A stretch of DNA of 32,000 nt. Origin: Thermococcus kodakarensis KOD1. Lineage in GTDB: Archaea; Methanobacteriota_B; Thermococci; Thermococcales; Thermococcaceae. Shown here piece by piece: positions 1 to 9,319 of the stretch (within the stretch, counting starts at the first letter, position 1; every line of letters begins with the position of its first letter). The DNA is taken from positions 180,001-212,000 of the forward strand of contig NC_006624.1 in the NCBI RefSeq assembly GCF_000009965.1, written 5' to 3'. The position numbers and the translations under genes were made by a program. The notes beneath the pieces are model-generated. The model was not told the DNA's origin. It did no database searches and saw nothing but the letters and a program-made list of their open reading frames with translations.

Positions 1-2
1 TG

Positions 3-557
3 GGAAGGGAACTTGCTAGGGAGAGTCCCGCCGATGCAGATGTTGTGATAGCGGTTCCCGACTCTGGGAGGGCAGCAGCGTTGGGCTTTTCGATGGAAAG
101 CGGGATACCCTACTCGGAGGGGCTGATAAAGAACCGCTACATCGGGAGGACTTTCATAACCCCCGGCCAGTTCTACAGGGAGCTTAAGGTAAAGCTCAAG
201 CTCTCGCCCGTGAGGGAGGTCATCAACGGAAAGAGAGTCGTTCTCGTTGATGATTCCATAGTCAGGGGGACGACCATGAGGAGACTAGTCTCCCTTCTGA
301 GGAAAGCGGGAGCGAAGGAAGTGCACGTGAGAATAGCGTCGCCGCCTATAAGGCACCCCTGCTACATGGGTATAGACATCCCGACGAGGCACGAACTTAT
401 AGCTGCCTTCGGGAGCGTTGAGAAGGTGAGGGGAGCGATAGGTGCTGACAGCCTGGCATATTTAAGCGTTGAGGGCCTTATCAGGGCTGTTGGCAAGAAA
501 GACCTATGCCTGGCGTGCCTCACAGGGGAGTACCCTGAGTGGGCCTTCAGGTTTTAA
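3..557 (+). CDS. purF: Amidophosphoribosyltransferase (glutamine PRPP amidotransferase), C-terminal part; 5' end lies outside the window
   Basis: The frame is open to the left edge ([22 protein letters not shown]...). It has the PRPP-binding loop [12 protein letters not shown] and the PCYMGID motif typical of PurF. Confidence 0.93.
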   Translation, partial: GRELARESPADADVVIAVPDSGRAAALGFSMESGIPYSEGLIKNRYIGRTFITPGQFYRELKVKLKLSPVREVINGKRVVLVDDSIVRGTTMRRLVSLLRKAGAKEVHVRIASPPIRHPCYMGIDIPTRHELIAAFGSVEKVRGAIGADSLAYLSVEGLIRAVGKKDLCLACLTGEYPEWAFRF

Positions 558-1035
558 TGAACCGCTTCCTCAAAGCTTCAACAACCTTATCGCTGAAGCG
601 GACTCCTTTGGTCCTGAGCTCAAGCAACAGGGGTTCGAGGTCTTCTTTTAGGAGGCCCCTTTCTTTGGCGATGAAAAGCAGCGCCAGGGTTCCCGCAACC
701 TTTATTCCGAGGGACTTCGCTATGATCCTCGGGATCCTCTCATCGAGAACCAGCAAATCCGCGTTCAGCTCCCTGGCGAGCACTATGGCCTCGGCCTCTC
801 CAATCTCGATCTCCTTCATGAGGATTTCAACGCTCAACCTGTCGTTTACGTCCTGAACCTTTATCCATTCTGCTTCGCTCACTTCCCGGGAGCCAGGACG
901 GCCTCTGCCCTTCTCTACTACCTCTGCCCATACGGCTCGGGGGATGACAATCTCACCAAACAGCTCTCGTAGAAGTTCCAGTTTTTCAATCTTTGCAAGG
1001 GCTATTAGCGGTCCGGAGTCGGATACAACTATCAT
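547..1035 (-). CDS. PIN-domain nucleic-acid-binding protein (COG2405/DUF3368-like), putative toxin
   Basis: 162 aa. The N-terminus [16 protein letters not shown] is typical of this PIN clade, followed by acidic residues (EAEAI, LDE). It overlaps the upstream small gene by 4 nt. Confidence 0.8.
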   Translation of the reverse strand: MIVVSDSGPLIALAKIEKLELLRELFGEIVIPRAVWAEVVEKGRGRPGSREVSEAEWIKVQDVNDRLSVEILMKEIEIGEAEAIVLARELNADLLVLDERIPRIIAKSLGIKVAGTLALLFIAKERGLLKEDLEPLLLELRTKGVRFSDKVVEALRKRFIKT

Positions 1036-1292
1036 AGTAACCTCTCCAGGGTTTCTATGTCCTCCTGGAGATCTTCCTCAGTGTAGTTCAAAGGAACGCC
1101 CTTGGAGGCCAGAATTTCCATCATCTCTGCTTTGGTGACCCCAGCAATCTCTGCCGCCTTTCCAAGGCTAACTACGCCCTCCCGATAGAGTTCAACGGCG
1201 AGGTATATCCTGACAAGCTTTGGTAGCTGTTTCTCATCGACTCTGAGGATTCGCGAGAGGTCTGAGGGAATGACAACGGTGACTTCTCCCAT
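1032..1292 (-). CDS. UPF0175-family small protein, putative antitoxin
   Basis: 86 aa. The segment LAVELYREGVVSLGKAAEIAGVTKAEMMEILASKGVPL is the UPF0175 HTH-like signature. Its stop overlaps the start of the PIN gene. Confidence 0.8.
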   Translation of the reverse strand: MGEVTVVIPSDLSRILRVDEKQLPKLVRIYLAVELYREGVVSLGKAAEIAGVTKAEMMEILASKGVPLNYTEEDLQEDIETLERLL

Positions 1293-1348
1293 CTTCCCAC
1301 CATATCCAGTTGTTTTTGAGCCCTAAAAATATGTCGGCGACGGGGCGA

Positions 1349-3328
1349 TTAGACTTTCCTAACCCTAGCCGCCGCGAACTTAAATTCTGGCGTTCCGGCC
1401 TTGTTTAGCGCATGGCTCGTCAGCTTGTTGGCCTTGAAGTGGAAGGGGACGGCGATAACTCCTTGGGGCACGTCCCCAATCTCCGCCGTCATTCTGATCT
1501 TCCCGCGCCTCGTCTCCACCTCTACCCAGTCCCCGTTCTGTATCCCGAGTCTCTCAGCATCTTCACGGCTTATCAGTGCTTTTGGCTCGCCCATGAGTCT
1601 GACAAGTGACGGGCTCCTCAGCGTCATCTCCCCGGTGTTGTAGTGACCTATAAGCCTGACCGTCGTGAGGACAAAGGGGTACTTATCGTCTGGGCCCTCC
1701 CAGGGAGGTATCCACTCAACTGCCATGAAGCGGGCTTTTCCATCCGGCGTTGCAAACTCCCAGGTGTGAAGCCTCTTCTTCGGCAGGAAGATTCCGTCCG
1801 AGTTCTTCAGCTCCTCTACGCTCTTCTCCTCAAGCTCCGGGAATAACCTGAAGTACTCGGCGGTTATTTCCTCAACTGAGGTGTAGTTAAAGCCAGGCAG
1901 ACCGAGTGCCTTTCCGAGCATCGTCAGTATCTCCCAGTCGGGCTTTGAGTCGTATGCTGGCTCGCAGACTTTCTCGCTCCATTGAATTCTCCTCTCGCTG
2001 TTCATGTAGCTTCCAGCTTTCTCACAGAAGGCCGAAGCTGGAAGGAGATAGTGGGCATAGCGGGCCGTCCTCGTGGGGAAGATGTCCTGGACGACGAGTA
2101 AGTCAAGATTCCTTAAGGCCCTTCTAACCCTCATGAAGTCGGCCTCGCTGACAGCCGGGTTCTCGCCGACGATGTAGAGTGCCCTAACGTCGCCCTTCTC
2201 TATCGCATCCCACAGCTCGGTGAGGTAGAGGCCCCTCTCCGTCGGGAGGTCATCAACGCCCCAGAGCCCTGCAACTCTCTTCCTGAACTTCCCGTCAGTG
2301 AGCGGGACGTAGCCGGGTAAAAACTCGCTCAGAGCGCCCATATAAGCGGCCCCCTGCACGTTGTTCTGGCCGCGCATCGGGTAGAGGCCTCCCCTCTCGC
2401 CGATGTAACCGAGAAGCAGTGCGAGGTTTATGAGCGCGAGCACGTTCTCTACACCTGAAACGTGCTGGGTTAACCCCATCCCCCACATCTCTGCCCCGCT
2501 TCCGGCCAGGGAGAAATCCCTCGCCACTTCCTTGATCTTTTCTGCAGGAACTCCAGTTGCCCTCTCGGCGTACTCTGGAGTGTACTTTTTGACCGCCATT
2601 CTTACCTCAGAGAAGCCAGTTGTCCTGCTCCGGATGAACTCCTCGTTGTAGAGCTCCTCCTCGATTATGACATGAGCGAGAGCGTTGGCTAGGACTATGT
2701 CAGTCCCGGGCCTTATTATGAGCCTATGGTCAGCGAAGGCCATCGTCCTCGTTTCCCTCACGTCAACGACTATAATCTTGGCACCGCTCTTCTTTGCTCT
2801 CAGAATATAGTCCATGACGACTGGGTGGGTCTCGGCTGGGTTGTATCCCCAGATCAGGACGGATTTGAACTTCGGTATGTCCTCGTAGGGGTTGGTCTGC
2901 GCCCCCGTACCAACGGCCAGCTTGAGGGCATGAACGGAGGCCTCGTGGCACAGCCTTGCACAGTTGTCTATGTTGTTCGTGCCGAAGAGGCGCGCTATCT
3001 TCTGGAGCAGGTAGTTCTCCTCGTTGGAGACCTTGGAAGACGCCAGAAAGGCAACCGCATCGGGGCCGTAAAGTTCCCTTACCTCCAAAAGCTTATTCGA
3101 TATCTCCTCCATCGCCTGCCCCCAGCTTATTGGAACTATTTTTGAGCCGACGCGCTTGAGCGGTCTTTTGAGTCTGTCTCTGGATTTGACGATCTCAGTA
3201 GAATATAAGCCCTTGGGACAGAGCTTTCCTTTGTTTGGCTCGCCCTTGTATGGCTTTACTTTAAGTGTGGCGGGATCAATGAGAAGTTTGCAGCCAAAGC
3301 CGCAGTAAGGACAGACGACCTTCTTCAC
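1349..3328 (-). CDS. fdhA: Formate dehydrogenase H-like molybdopterin oxidoreductase catalytic subunit (Cys-type)
   Basis: N-terminal 4Fe-4S motif CPYCGFGCKL. Collinear, from my memory of E. coli FdhH: NCARLCHEAS (FdhH CARVUHGPS), YPMRGQNNVQG, VVQDIF. The GTG start at 3328 is preferred because AGGTGG lies 4 nt upstream; the ORF-track start at 3358 is a TTG with no SD. Confidence 0.88.
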   Translation of the reverse strand: MKKVVCPYCGFGCKLLIDPATLKVKPYKGEPNKGKLCPKGLYSTEIVKSRDRLKRPLKRVGSKIVPISWGQAMEEISNKLLEVRELYGPDAVAFLASSKVSNEENYLLQKIARLFGTNNIDNCARLCHEASVHALKLAVGTGAQTNPYEDIPKFKSVLIWGYNPAETHPVVMDYILRAKKSGAKIIVVDVRETRTMAFADHRLIIRPGTDIVLANALAHVIIEEELYNEEFIRSRTTGFSEVRMAVKKYTPEYAERATGVPAEKIKEVARDFSLAGSGAEMWGMGLTQHVSGVENVLALINLALLLGYIGERGGLYPMRGQNNVQGAAYMGALSEFLPGYVPLTDGKFRKRVAGLWGVDDLPTERGLYLTELWDAIEKGDVRALYIVGENPAVSEADFMRVRRALRNLDLLVVQDIFPTRTARYAHYLLPASAFCEKAGSYMNSERRIQWSEKVCEPAYDSKPDWEILTMLGKALGLPGFNYTSVEEITAEYFRLFPELEEKSVEELKNSDGIFLPKKRLHTWEFATPDGKARFMAVEWIPPWEGPDDKYPFVLTTVRLIGHYNTGEMTLRSPSLVRLMGEPKALISREDAERLGIQNGDWVEVETRRGKIRMTAEIGDVPQGVIAVPFHFKANKLTSHALNKAGTPEFKFAAARVRKV

Positions 3329-3439
3329 GCTACCACCTGTTTGGCAAGAAAAAGTCAAAACTAAAAAGTTTTTTGGTAAAAATTGAAAAAGAATTGCTAA
3401 TTAATTTCACGACTAAAAAATTGAGAAAGCTTCGCTGTG

Positions 3440-5170
3440 CTATCCTCCTTGTATGTAGAACCCAACCTCAAAGTAGTTGTCCCCAACCAGGACATAGCTT
3501 GGAAACCCCCGCCAAAATGCCTGCATTATTAAGGATTCGTTTGTCCCAGCTAATACTGTGATGTAAGTCCTGTCGTTCCAGGGGTTTCTTATGGTCTCTA
3601 TAACTCCCCAGGGGGAGGGTGTTGGATACTCCAGTGGCAACTGCTTCACGGACTGGTTTGTAATTTCAAACGAGAAAAACTCTTTCACTGATGCGCTGTC
3701 TCTCTGGAGAATCCACGATCCATTGAAAACGAACTTCACCGGAAGTCCGTCGTTGAGCTCTTTCACTAGGTCGTTTGTCTGCGGCGTTCCAATGAGGATC
3801 AAGTTGGCCTTGGTATCCTCGGGAGTCAGCTCATCGTAGGCTTTTATCTCTATTGATGGTGCTTGGCCAAACTCCTCATTGTAAGAGTCCTCGAGGGCAT
3901 CCTTAATGGTTTTAGCGGCTTCTCTTTCTTGTTCACTCGATCCGGGGACTATAACCACCCGACCGTAATGGAAGGCAGTGTTCCACTCATGGTCCCATGT
4001 TACTGGAGAGAGCTCCCAGTAGAGGGTGCTTATGTTGGTTGGAGTCGCCCACGTTCTCATGTGTTCGGCCAATGTGGGTGCGTACTGAGGCAAAGTGCTG
4101 TTGGTCTTCCACACAACATCGTACTCTTCGAGGAGTTTGGATAGTGGAGGGAAATACATTGACATCAGCAACGTTGAGTAAGTCATGTAGTCTTTGGGTA
4201 TGCCACACTTTAGAGCCGCGTACTTTGCTATGCTTTCGGTTAATAACTCATTAAGATACCTAGAGAAGGAACCGTAATGGGGTGTATCGTAGGTGGTCAA
4301 CGCTGGCAGTTCTTTTTTGATTTCGTCTAAGTAGTAGTCCATGCCCTCAAAAAGCTGGAAGTTTTCATCCAGGAACTCCCCCACGAAGGGATGTGCAAAC
4401 TCATGGAACATCCTGCGAACCTGACCGTAAAGTCTGCGGGGAGTCGTATTATGCGAGATCCATCCGATGTAATAACTGGTTTCATTCTCCCAACTGGCGT
4501 GGGGGTGTATCCATACTGAGTACGAAGCTTCAATCCTGAACTTGGTGTACCACTTTCCGAAAAAACGCCAGTATATAGGGATTGCACAGTTTATGTATGC
4601 TGAGATATTGGAAGTCGCCTTTGAATATTCTTTCAGATGTGCCCGATAAAATGCACTGAAGTTGCTCTCTCTGGCAAACTCTGATAAGAGCCTCAAATCT
4701 ACTGCCAACACACTATCGTTGGTTATGTTCCCAAGGTATTCTAACTTCGCCAATTTGTTGCCAAATTTCATTATTGAATAGTCCCTAGTGTAATACGGGA
4801 GTGACGGGCCAAATACATCACGAACATATCCAACGACTACACTGTCATTGTACGGGCCAAAATAAGTTAAAACATCCTGTATGTACTCCTTGGGGGCCAT
4901 TATGAAAGGATCGCTTCCATTGAAAGCGAGAATGTACACGACCGAGAACAGCTCCAGATTTGGATTAATCTCGACAGTTATATCTGCGGTGTGGTTTGCT
5001 GTTGCGTAGCTCGCCGTATTTGTTGTGGAGTTGGAATCCCTCCCAAGTTCCGTGGTGCTGGTAGTACCAGTTTCGGTAGAAGGCTGGGTAGTGTTCGAAG
5101 AAATACATCCTGCTGCCACAACGATTCCAACGAGGAAAAACACCAACAGCGTCTCTATTTTGGGCTTCAC
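3440..5170 (-). CDS. Predicted surface lipoprotein with an HExxH motif (putative zinc metallopeptidase-like protein; function unknown)
   Basis: 576 aa. Signal peptide plus lipobox-like VVAAGC, then a Ser/Thr-rich linker. HEFAH is encoded at 4391-4405. I count about 16 N-x-S/T sequons. G+C is lower than in the neighbouring genes. Confidence 0.8.
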   Translation of the reverse strand: MKPKIETLLVFFLVGIVVAAGCISSNTTQPSTETGTTSTTELGRDSNSTTNTASYATANHTADITVEINPNLELFSVVYILAFNGSDPFIMAPKEYIQDVLTYFGPYNDSVVVGYVRDVFGPSLPYYTRDYSIMKFGNKLAKLEYLGNITNDSVLAVDLRLLSEFARESNFSAFYRAHLKEYSKATSNISAYINCAIPIYWRFFGKWYTKFRIEASYSVWIHPHASWENETSYYIGWISHNTTPRRLYGQVRRMFHEFAHPFVGEFLDENFQLFEGMDYYLDEIKKELPALTTYDTPHYGSFSRYLNELLTESIAKYAALKCGIPKDYMTYSTLLMSMYFPPLSKLLEEYDVVWKTNSTLPQYAPTLAEHMRTWATPTNISTLYWELSPVTWDHEWNTAFHYGRVVIVPGSSEQEREAAKTIKDALEDSYNEEFGQAPSIEIKAYDELTPEDTKANLILIGTPQTNDLVKELNDGLPVKFVFNGSWILQRDSASVKEFFSFEITNQSVKQLPLEYPTPSPWGVIETIRNPWNDRTYITVLAGTNESLIMQAFWRGFPSYVLVGDNYFEVGFYIQGG

Positions 5171-5365
5171 TTTTATTCATCAGTATCTTATTTGAGCTGT
5201 TGTCTTTAATAGATTTTCTTATTTGGTTAAATAGTTGTTTAAAAAGAGTGCACGTAATTTTTGGAAACTCTTCTTGTAAACTGTTCGGGGGATGAGATCT
5301 TTGTTTAAAAGCTATGCAGTAAATGATGGCCTTCAAAAATTAAGTGAACGATCTAAAAAGCGAAA

Positions 5366-5959
5366 TCAAACTGCCTTCCTCAAGAAGTACTCGTGCACCC
5401 TCGTGTCGTCGGTCAGCTCTGGGTGGAACTCAAGGCCGATGATGTTGTCCTGCTCAACTCCAACGACCCTGTCCCCAAGCCAGGCTATCGGCTTCACCCT
5501 CTCGCTGAGGAGCTCCACTATTCTCGGGGCGCGAATGAAGACACCCGGGAATGGTTCGCCGCTGAAGGCGAGCTTTATTGGGGCCTCGAAGCTGTCCACC
5601 TGCCTGCCGTAGGCGTTCCTGTTAACCTTCACGTCGAGAAGTTCGAGGAACTTCTGCTCCGGGGTAGCGCCGATAACCTCCTTTGAGAGCATTATCAGAC
5701 CTGCACAGGTGCCCATGATGGGAAGACCTTCCTCGCCGAGCTTCTTTACAGGTTCGAAGAGGCCGTTCTTCACCATGAGTCTTGAGATTGTGGTGCTCTC
5801 TCCTCCAGGGATTATGATGGCCGAGATGTTCTCAAGCTGCTCCGGCTTCTTTAGCCAGATAACATCTCCAGAGACGCCGAGGTTTTCAAGGGCTCTCCTA
5901 GCAGCCCAGATATGCTCCTCCACGTCTCCCTGAAGGCCAATGACACCTACCTTGACCAT
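5366..5959 (-). CDS. pdxT: Pyridoxal 5'-phosphate synthase, glutaminase subunit
   Basis: 197 aa. MVKVGVIGLQGDVEEH, IIPGGESTT and GTCAG (catalytic Cys), with a C-terminal FHPE. It sits directly downstream of pdxS. Confidence 0.95.
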   Translation of the reverse strand: MVKVGVIGLQGDVEEHIWAARRALENLGVSGDVIWLKKPEQLENISAIIIPGGESTTISRLMVKNGLFEPVKKLGEEGLPIMGTCAGLIMLSKEVIGATPEQKFLELLDVKVNRNAYGRQVDSFEAPIKLAFSGEPFPGVFIRAPRIVELLSERVKPIAWLGDRVVGVEQDNIIGLEFHPELTDDTRVHEYFLRKAV

Positions 5960-5991
5960 ACTACCACCCCAAAAGAGTGAAAGAAAAAGGC

Positions 5992-6999
5992 TCAGACGCC
6001 CCTCTCCTCAAGTCTTACCTCAAGCTCCTCGATGTCCTGGCCGCGCATTGGTTCGCCTATCTCCTTGCTGATCTCGACGAGAACGTCAGGCTCGTCCCAG
6101 TGGTTGACGGCTTCAACGATAGCCTTCGCCATCTTCGGCGGGTTGGAGCTCTTGAAGATTCCAGAGCCGACGAAGACACCGTCCATTCCCATCTGCATCA
6201 TCAACGCGGCATCGGCGGGGGTTGCGACACCTCCTGCCGCGAAGTTGACAACCGGAAGCCTTCCAAGCTTCTTTATCTCAAGGAGTATCTTGTAGAGCCC
6301 GTCAACGATCTCGCGGTAGGTGTAGTGGCCGTAGATCGGCTCGTTGTCGAGGACTCTCTGCGGAAGTCCAGCTATCTCCTTGACGTTGAGCGAGAGCCTG
6401 AGGTAGGGTTCCGCGAACTTTTCAGCAACGGCGTAGACCTGATCGTCGGTCATGGCCTGGATCTGCCTGATGCCCTCAGCCACGAGGCGGACGTGCCTGA
6501 CGGCTTCAACTATGTTTCCGGTTCCGGCCTCGCCCTTGGTTCTGATCATAGCGGCGCCTTCCCATATTCTCCTGACGGCCTCACCGAGGTTTCTCGCACC
6601 GCAGACGAAGGGTACTGTGAACTCGCGCTTGTCTATGTGGAAGAACGGGTCTGAGGGAGTAAGAACCTCGCTCTCGTCTATCATGTCCACGCCAAGGGCC
6701 TCGAGTATCTTCGCCTCGGCGACGTGGCCAATCCTGACCTTCGCCATCACCGGAATGGTTACCGCGTCCATAATCTCCTGTATCTTCTCGATAGGAGCCA
6801 TCCTGGCGACACCGCCGGCCTTCCTGATGTCAGCGGGAACGCGGTGGAGGGCCATGACGGAAACGGCTCCTGCCTCTTCGGCAATTCTCGCCTGCTCGGC
6901 GTTGGTGACGTCCATTATGACGCCGCCCTTCACCATCTTGGCGAATCCCCTCTTCAGCCTCTCGGTACCCTTAGCCTGAATAACGTCCAGCTTTCCCAT
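5992..6999 (-). CDS. pdxS: Pyridoxal 5'-phosphate synthase, synthase subunit
   Basis: [14 protein letters not shown], the IDESEVLTP region and [19 protein letters not shown] are PdxS hallmarks. The ATG at 6999 is preceded by GAGGTG. The ORF-track start at 7008 is a GTG inside that SD. Confidence 0.95.
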   Translation of the reverse strand: MGKLDVIQAKGTERLKRGFAKMVKGGVIMDVTNAEQARIAEEAGAVSVMALHRVPADIRKAGGVARMAPIEKIQEIMDAVTIPVMAKVRIGHVAEAKILEALGVDMIDESEVLTPSDPFFHIDKREFTVPFVCGARNLGEAVRRIWEGAAMIRTKGEAGTGNIVEAVRHVRLVAEGIRQIQAMTDDQVYAVAEKFAEPYLRLSLNVKEIAGLPQRVLDNEPIYGHYTYREIVDGLYKILLEIKKLGRLPVVNFAAGGVATPADAALMMQMGMDGVFVGSGIFKSSNPPKMAKAIVEAVNHWDEPDVLVEISKEIGEPMRGQDIEELEVRLEERGV

Positions 7000-7032
7000 A
7001 TCCCACACCTCGGTTATGAGAATTCTAAACTC

Positions 7033-7042
7033 TATAATATAA
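7033..7042 (-). promoter_or_regulatory. TATA box candidate for pdxS-pdxT
   Basis: The minus strand reads CTTATATTATAG about 35-40 nt upstream of the pdxS ATG. A T5 tract just after the nadC stop lies upstream of it. Confidence 0.5.
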
Positions 7043-7114
7043 GTCTTCCCTTAACGAACGGTGAGTGATGTCGAAAGATGTTTAAAAAGTATTGGCGAAG
7101 AGCGAAAAAGTTCA

Positions 7115-7948
7115 TCAAAGCCTGCCAATTATCTCAAGGCTTACATCAAAGTTCTTGACCGAGTGCGTGAGATACCCAAGGCTGATGACGTCAACGTCGA
7201 GCTTCGCGTATTCAGTTATGTTCTCGGGGGTTATCCCACCGGAAACTTCTATTTTGACCTTCTCCCTCAGGCCTTCGCGCTTGAGGGCTTCGATAACCTC
7301 CGCTATTTCAGCAGGCTTCATGTTGTCGAGCATTACCACATCGGCCCCTGCTCTCGCTGCTTTCAGGGCATCTTCAAGGCTCTCGACCTCAACCTCGACA
7401 ACCTTGTAGACGGAGAACTCCTTGGCGCGTTTTATAGCCTCTTCAAGGGGAACTAAGGCAAGGTGGTTGTCCTTTATGAGTATCGCGTCGCTGAGAGAGA
7501 AGCGATGAGTCTCTCCGCCTCCAATGAGGAGTGCACGCTTGTCTATGGGTTTGAGGAGGGTCTTTCTCGTCCCGGCGACTCTGACTTTGGGGTTCACGCT
7601 CTTGACTTTCTCCACGAGCTTCCTGACCTCAGTTGCAATTCCGCTCATCCTCCCCATTACGTTCAGGGCGGTCCTCTCCACCAGGAGAATCGCCCTCGCG
7701 TTGCCCTCAAGCTCGAGTATAACGTCTCTCTTCCCAACTAACTCTCCGTCCCGTTTTTTAACCTCTACTTTGACCCCAAAGTGTTCGAAAAGCGCTTTGG
7801 CCTCTTCCACGCCGGCTATGACACCATTCTGCTTTGCTATGATGACTGCCCTTGCCTTCATATCTTCAGGAATCACGGCCTCACTTGTGACGTCTCCAAA
7901 GGGCGCGTCTTCCTCGATGAACCTGAGCAGATACTCGAGCGGAACCAT
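7115..7948 (-). CDS. nadC: Nicotinate-nucleotide pyrophosphorylase (quinolinate phosphoribosyltransferase)
   Basis: The N-terminal EEDAPFGDVTSEAV, plus AGTRKT, ILIKDNH and MLDN, are typical of NadC. The ATG at 7948 has GGTGA 5 nt upstream. Confidence 0.93.
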   Translation of the reverse strand: MVPLEYLLRFIEEDAPFGDVTSEAVIPEDMKARAVIIAKQNGVIAGVEEAKALFEHFGVKVEVKKRDGELVGKRDVILELEGNARAILLVERTALNVMGRMSGIATEVRKLVEKVKSVNPKVRVAGTRKTLLKPIDKRALLIGGGETHRFSLSDAILIKDNHLALVPLEEAIKRAKEFSVYKVVEVEVESLEDALKAARAGADVVMLDNMKPAEIAEVIEALKREGLREKVKIEVSGGITPENITEYAKLDVDVISLGYLTHSVKNFDVSLEIIGRL

Positions 7949-8036
7949 CACTCTCACCAGTTCTCACTCTAGTTCTCTCTTTATTTTGTTTTCTGATTTT
8001 GCCTTAATCACTGCCATTTTCCCTTCGGAGGGGATA

Positions 8037-8048
8037 CTTTTTTATTTA
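8037..8048 (+). promoter_or_regulatory. TATA-like element for the nucleotidyltransferase gene
   Basis: CTTTTTTATTTA lies about 30-40 nt upstream of the ATG at 8078. A GGTGG SD is at 8067-8071. Confidence 0.4.
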
Positions 8049-8077
8049 CTTGTGACAAAGTTAAACGGTGGGCCACC

Positions 8078-9319
8078 ATGATAAAGAAAGCCGTCATCCC
8101 CATAGGTGGAGACGCCACGAGGCTCCGCCCTCTCACGATAGAGACTTCTAAGGGCTTGGTCAGGCTTTTGAACAAGCCCATTCTGGAGCACTCCATTCTC
8201 AGTCTCGCGAAGGACGGAATTGAGGAGGTCTACCTTGGGGTTAGGGGCTATGTGAACTACACGACGCTCTTTGACTACTTTCGAGAGGGCTACTGGCTGC
8301 AGAAGAAATATGGCCTTGAAAAAGAAATTAGAATCCGCTACATGCCGCGCTATGAGAGCACCACCAACGGCGACGCTGTCTGGTACACAATGGAGTACTA
8401 CGGGATAAAAGAACCTGTGGTAGTTATCCAGGGCGACAACATCTACCAGCTCAACATCCAGGACATGTACAAGTGGCACAGGAAGAAAAACGCCTTCATG
8501 ACGATTGCCCTCCAGCCGGTTGAAGACGTCACAGGCTTTGGTGTGGCAAAGATAGACGATGACTACCGGATTGAATACTTCGTCGAGAAGCCAAGGCCGG
8601 AGCAGGCACCCAGCAACCTCGCCAACACAGGGATTTACATCCTCTCTGAGAACTTCTGGGAGTTCCTCAACGAGGGATGGGCAAAGGAGATGAAGGAAAC
8701 TCGGAGGCTGGACTTTGGAGGTGACATAATCCCTGCCCTCATAGAGCACGGCTACGAGGTTTACGGCTATCCGATGGAGGGCTACTGGTTTGACGTAGGT
8801 ACGCCTGAGAGGTATCTCAACGCCGCCATGTACCTGCTCCGTCACCTTTCACCCGAGGATATGGAGGCCGTTGAAATAACCCACGACGTTTACATGCAGG
8901 GCAAATCGGAGATGTCCGAAGACCTCCGGAGGAAGTTCCGGGAGATGATAAAGACTGGGAAGCTCATCGTGGAGGGTAAGGTGCTCCTGGGCAGGCACAT
9001 CAGCATCGGAAAGGGGACTGCACTTGAGGACGCTGTTATAGACAACTACACGATCGTTGGGAGGAACTGCGAGATCCTCCACTCCGTTGTCATGGACAGG
9101 GTGAAGCTCGGAGACAACGTTAGGATAGTGAACTCCATAATAGGTCGCCACGTCGAGATTGGGAACAACGTGAGAATCGTAAACTCCGTAATCGGCGACA
9201 ACGCCGTCATAGAGGACAACGTGAGGATGTACAACGTCAAAATCTGGCCACACGAGTTCGTGGAGAGGGGGGCAACGCTTGAGCACTACACCGTTAGGAC
9301 GGGTGTGCCGAGAAGATGA
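8078..9319 (+). CDS. Sugar-1-phosphate nucleotidylyltransferase with a C-terminal left-handed beta-helix domain (GlmU/ST0452-like architecture)
   Basis: The N-terminus AVIPIGGDATRLRPLT matches the G-x-G-x-R-L NTP-transferase loop. The C-terminus has hexapeptide repeats (DNVRIVNSIIGRHVEIGNNVRIVNSVIGDNAVIEDNVRM). Confidence 0.88.
   Translation: MIKKAVIPIGGDATRLRPLTIETSKGLVRLLNKPILEHSILSLAKDGIEEVYLGVRGYVNYTTLFDYFREGYWLQKKYGLEKEIRIRYMPRYESTTNGDAVWYTMEYYGIKEPVVVIQGDNIYQLNIQDMYKWHRKKNAFMTIALQPVEDVTGFGVAKIDDDYRIEYFVEKPRPEQAPSNLANTGIYILSENFWEFLNEGWAKEMKETRRLDFGGDIIPALIEHGYEVYGYPMEGYWFDVGTPERYLNAAMYLLRHLSPEDMEAVEITHDVYMQGKSEMSEDLRRKFREMIKTGKLIVEGKVLLGRHISIGKGTALEDAVIDNYTIVGRNCEILHSVVMDRVKLGDNVRIVNSIIGRHVEIGNNVRIVNSVIGDNAVIEDNVRMYNVKIWPHEFVERGATLEHYTVRTGVPRR

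Noticed and set aside
2940-2990. A possible selenocysteine (in-frame TGA) at the FdhH active-site position.
   Set aside because: The ORF is uninterrupted and the aligned position is a Cys codon (CARLCHEAS). There is no in-frame TGA and no need to invoke a SECIS element.
7100-7120. A TTGATGA on the minus strand resembles a C/D-box sRNA C box in the nadC-pdxS spacer.
   Set aside because: It overlaps the nadC stop codon. No CTGA D box or C'/D' pair occurs at the right spacing, and the spacer is better explained by a T5 terminator plus the pdxS TATA box.
8042-8845. Long antisense ORFs of 225-273 aa lie opposite well-supported genes: 8042-8845, 5977-6654, 22239-22955, 25059-25763, 26580-27344 and 30417-31238.
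   Set aside because: Each lies entirely within, and antisense to, a gene with unambiguous enzyme motifs. Their translations are low-complexity (Pro/Arg/Gly/Leu/Val-rich) with no recognisable domains. Shadow ORFs like these are expected in GC-rich, codon-biased coding sequence.
9100-9240. Periodic near-repeats in the DNA (gacaacgt[tg]ag[ga]at..gt.aactcc.taat.gg) look like a short tandem repeat array.
   Set aside because: The periodicity is the 18-nt hexapeptide repeat of the left-handed beta-helix domain of the nucleotidyltransferase. It is in frame and coding, so it is not a CRISPR or satellite.
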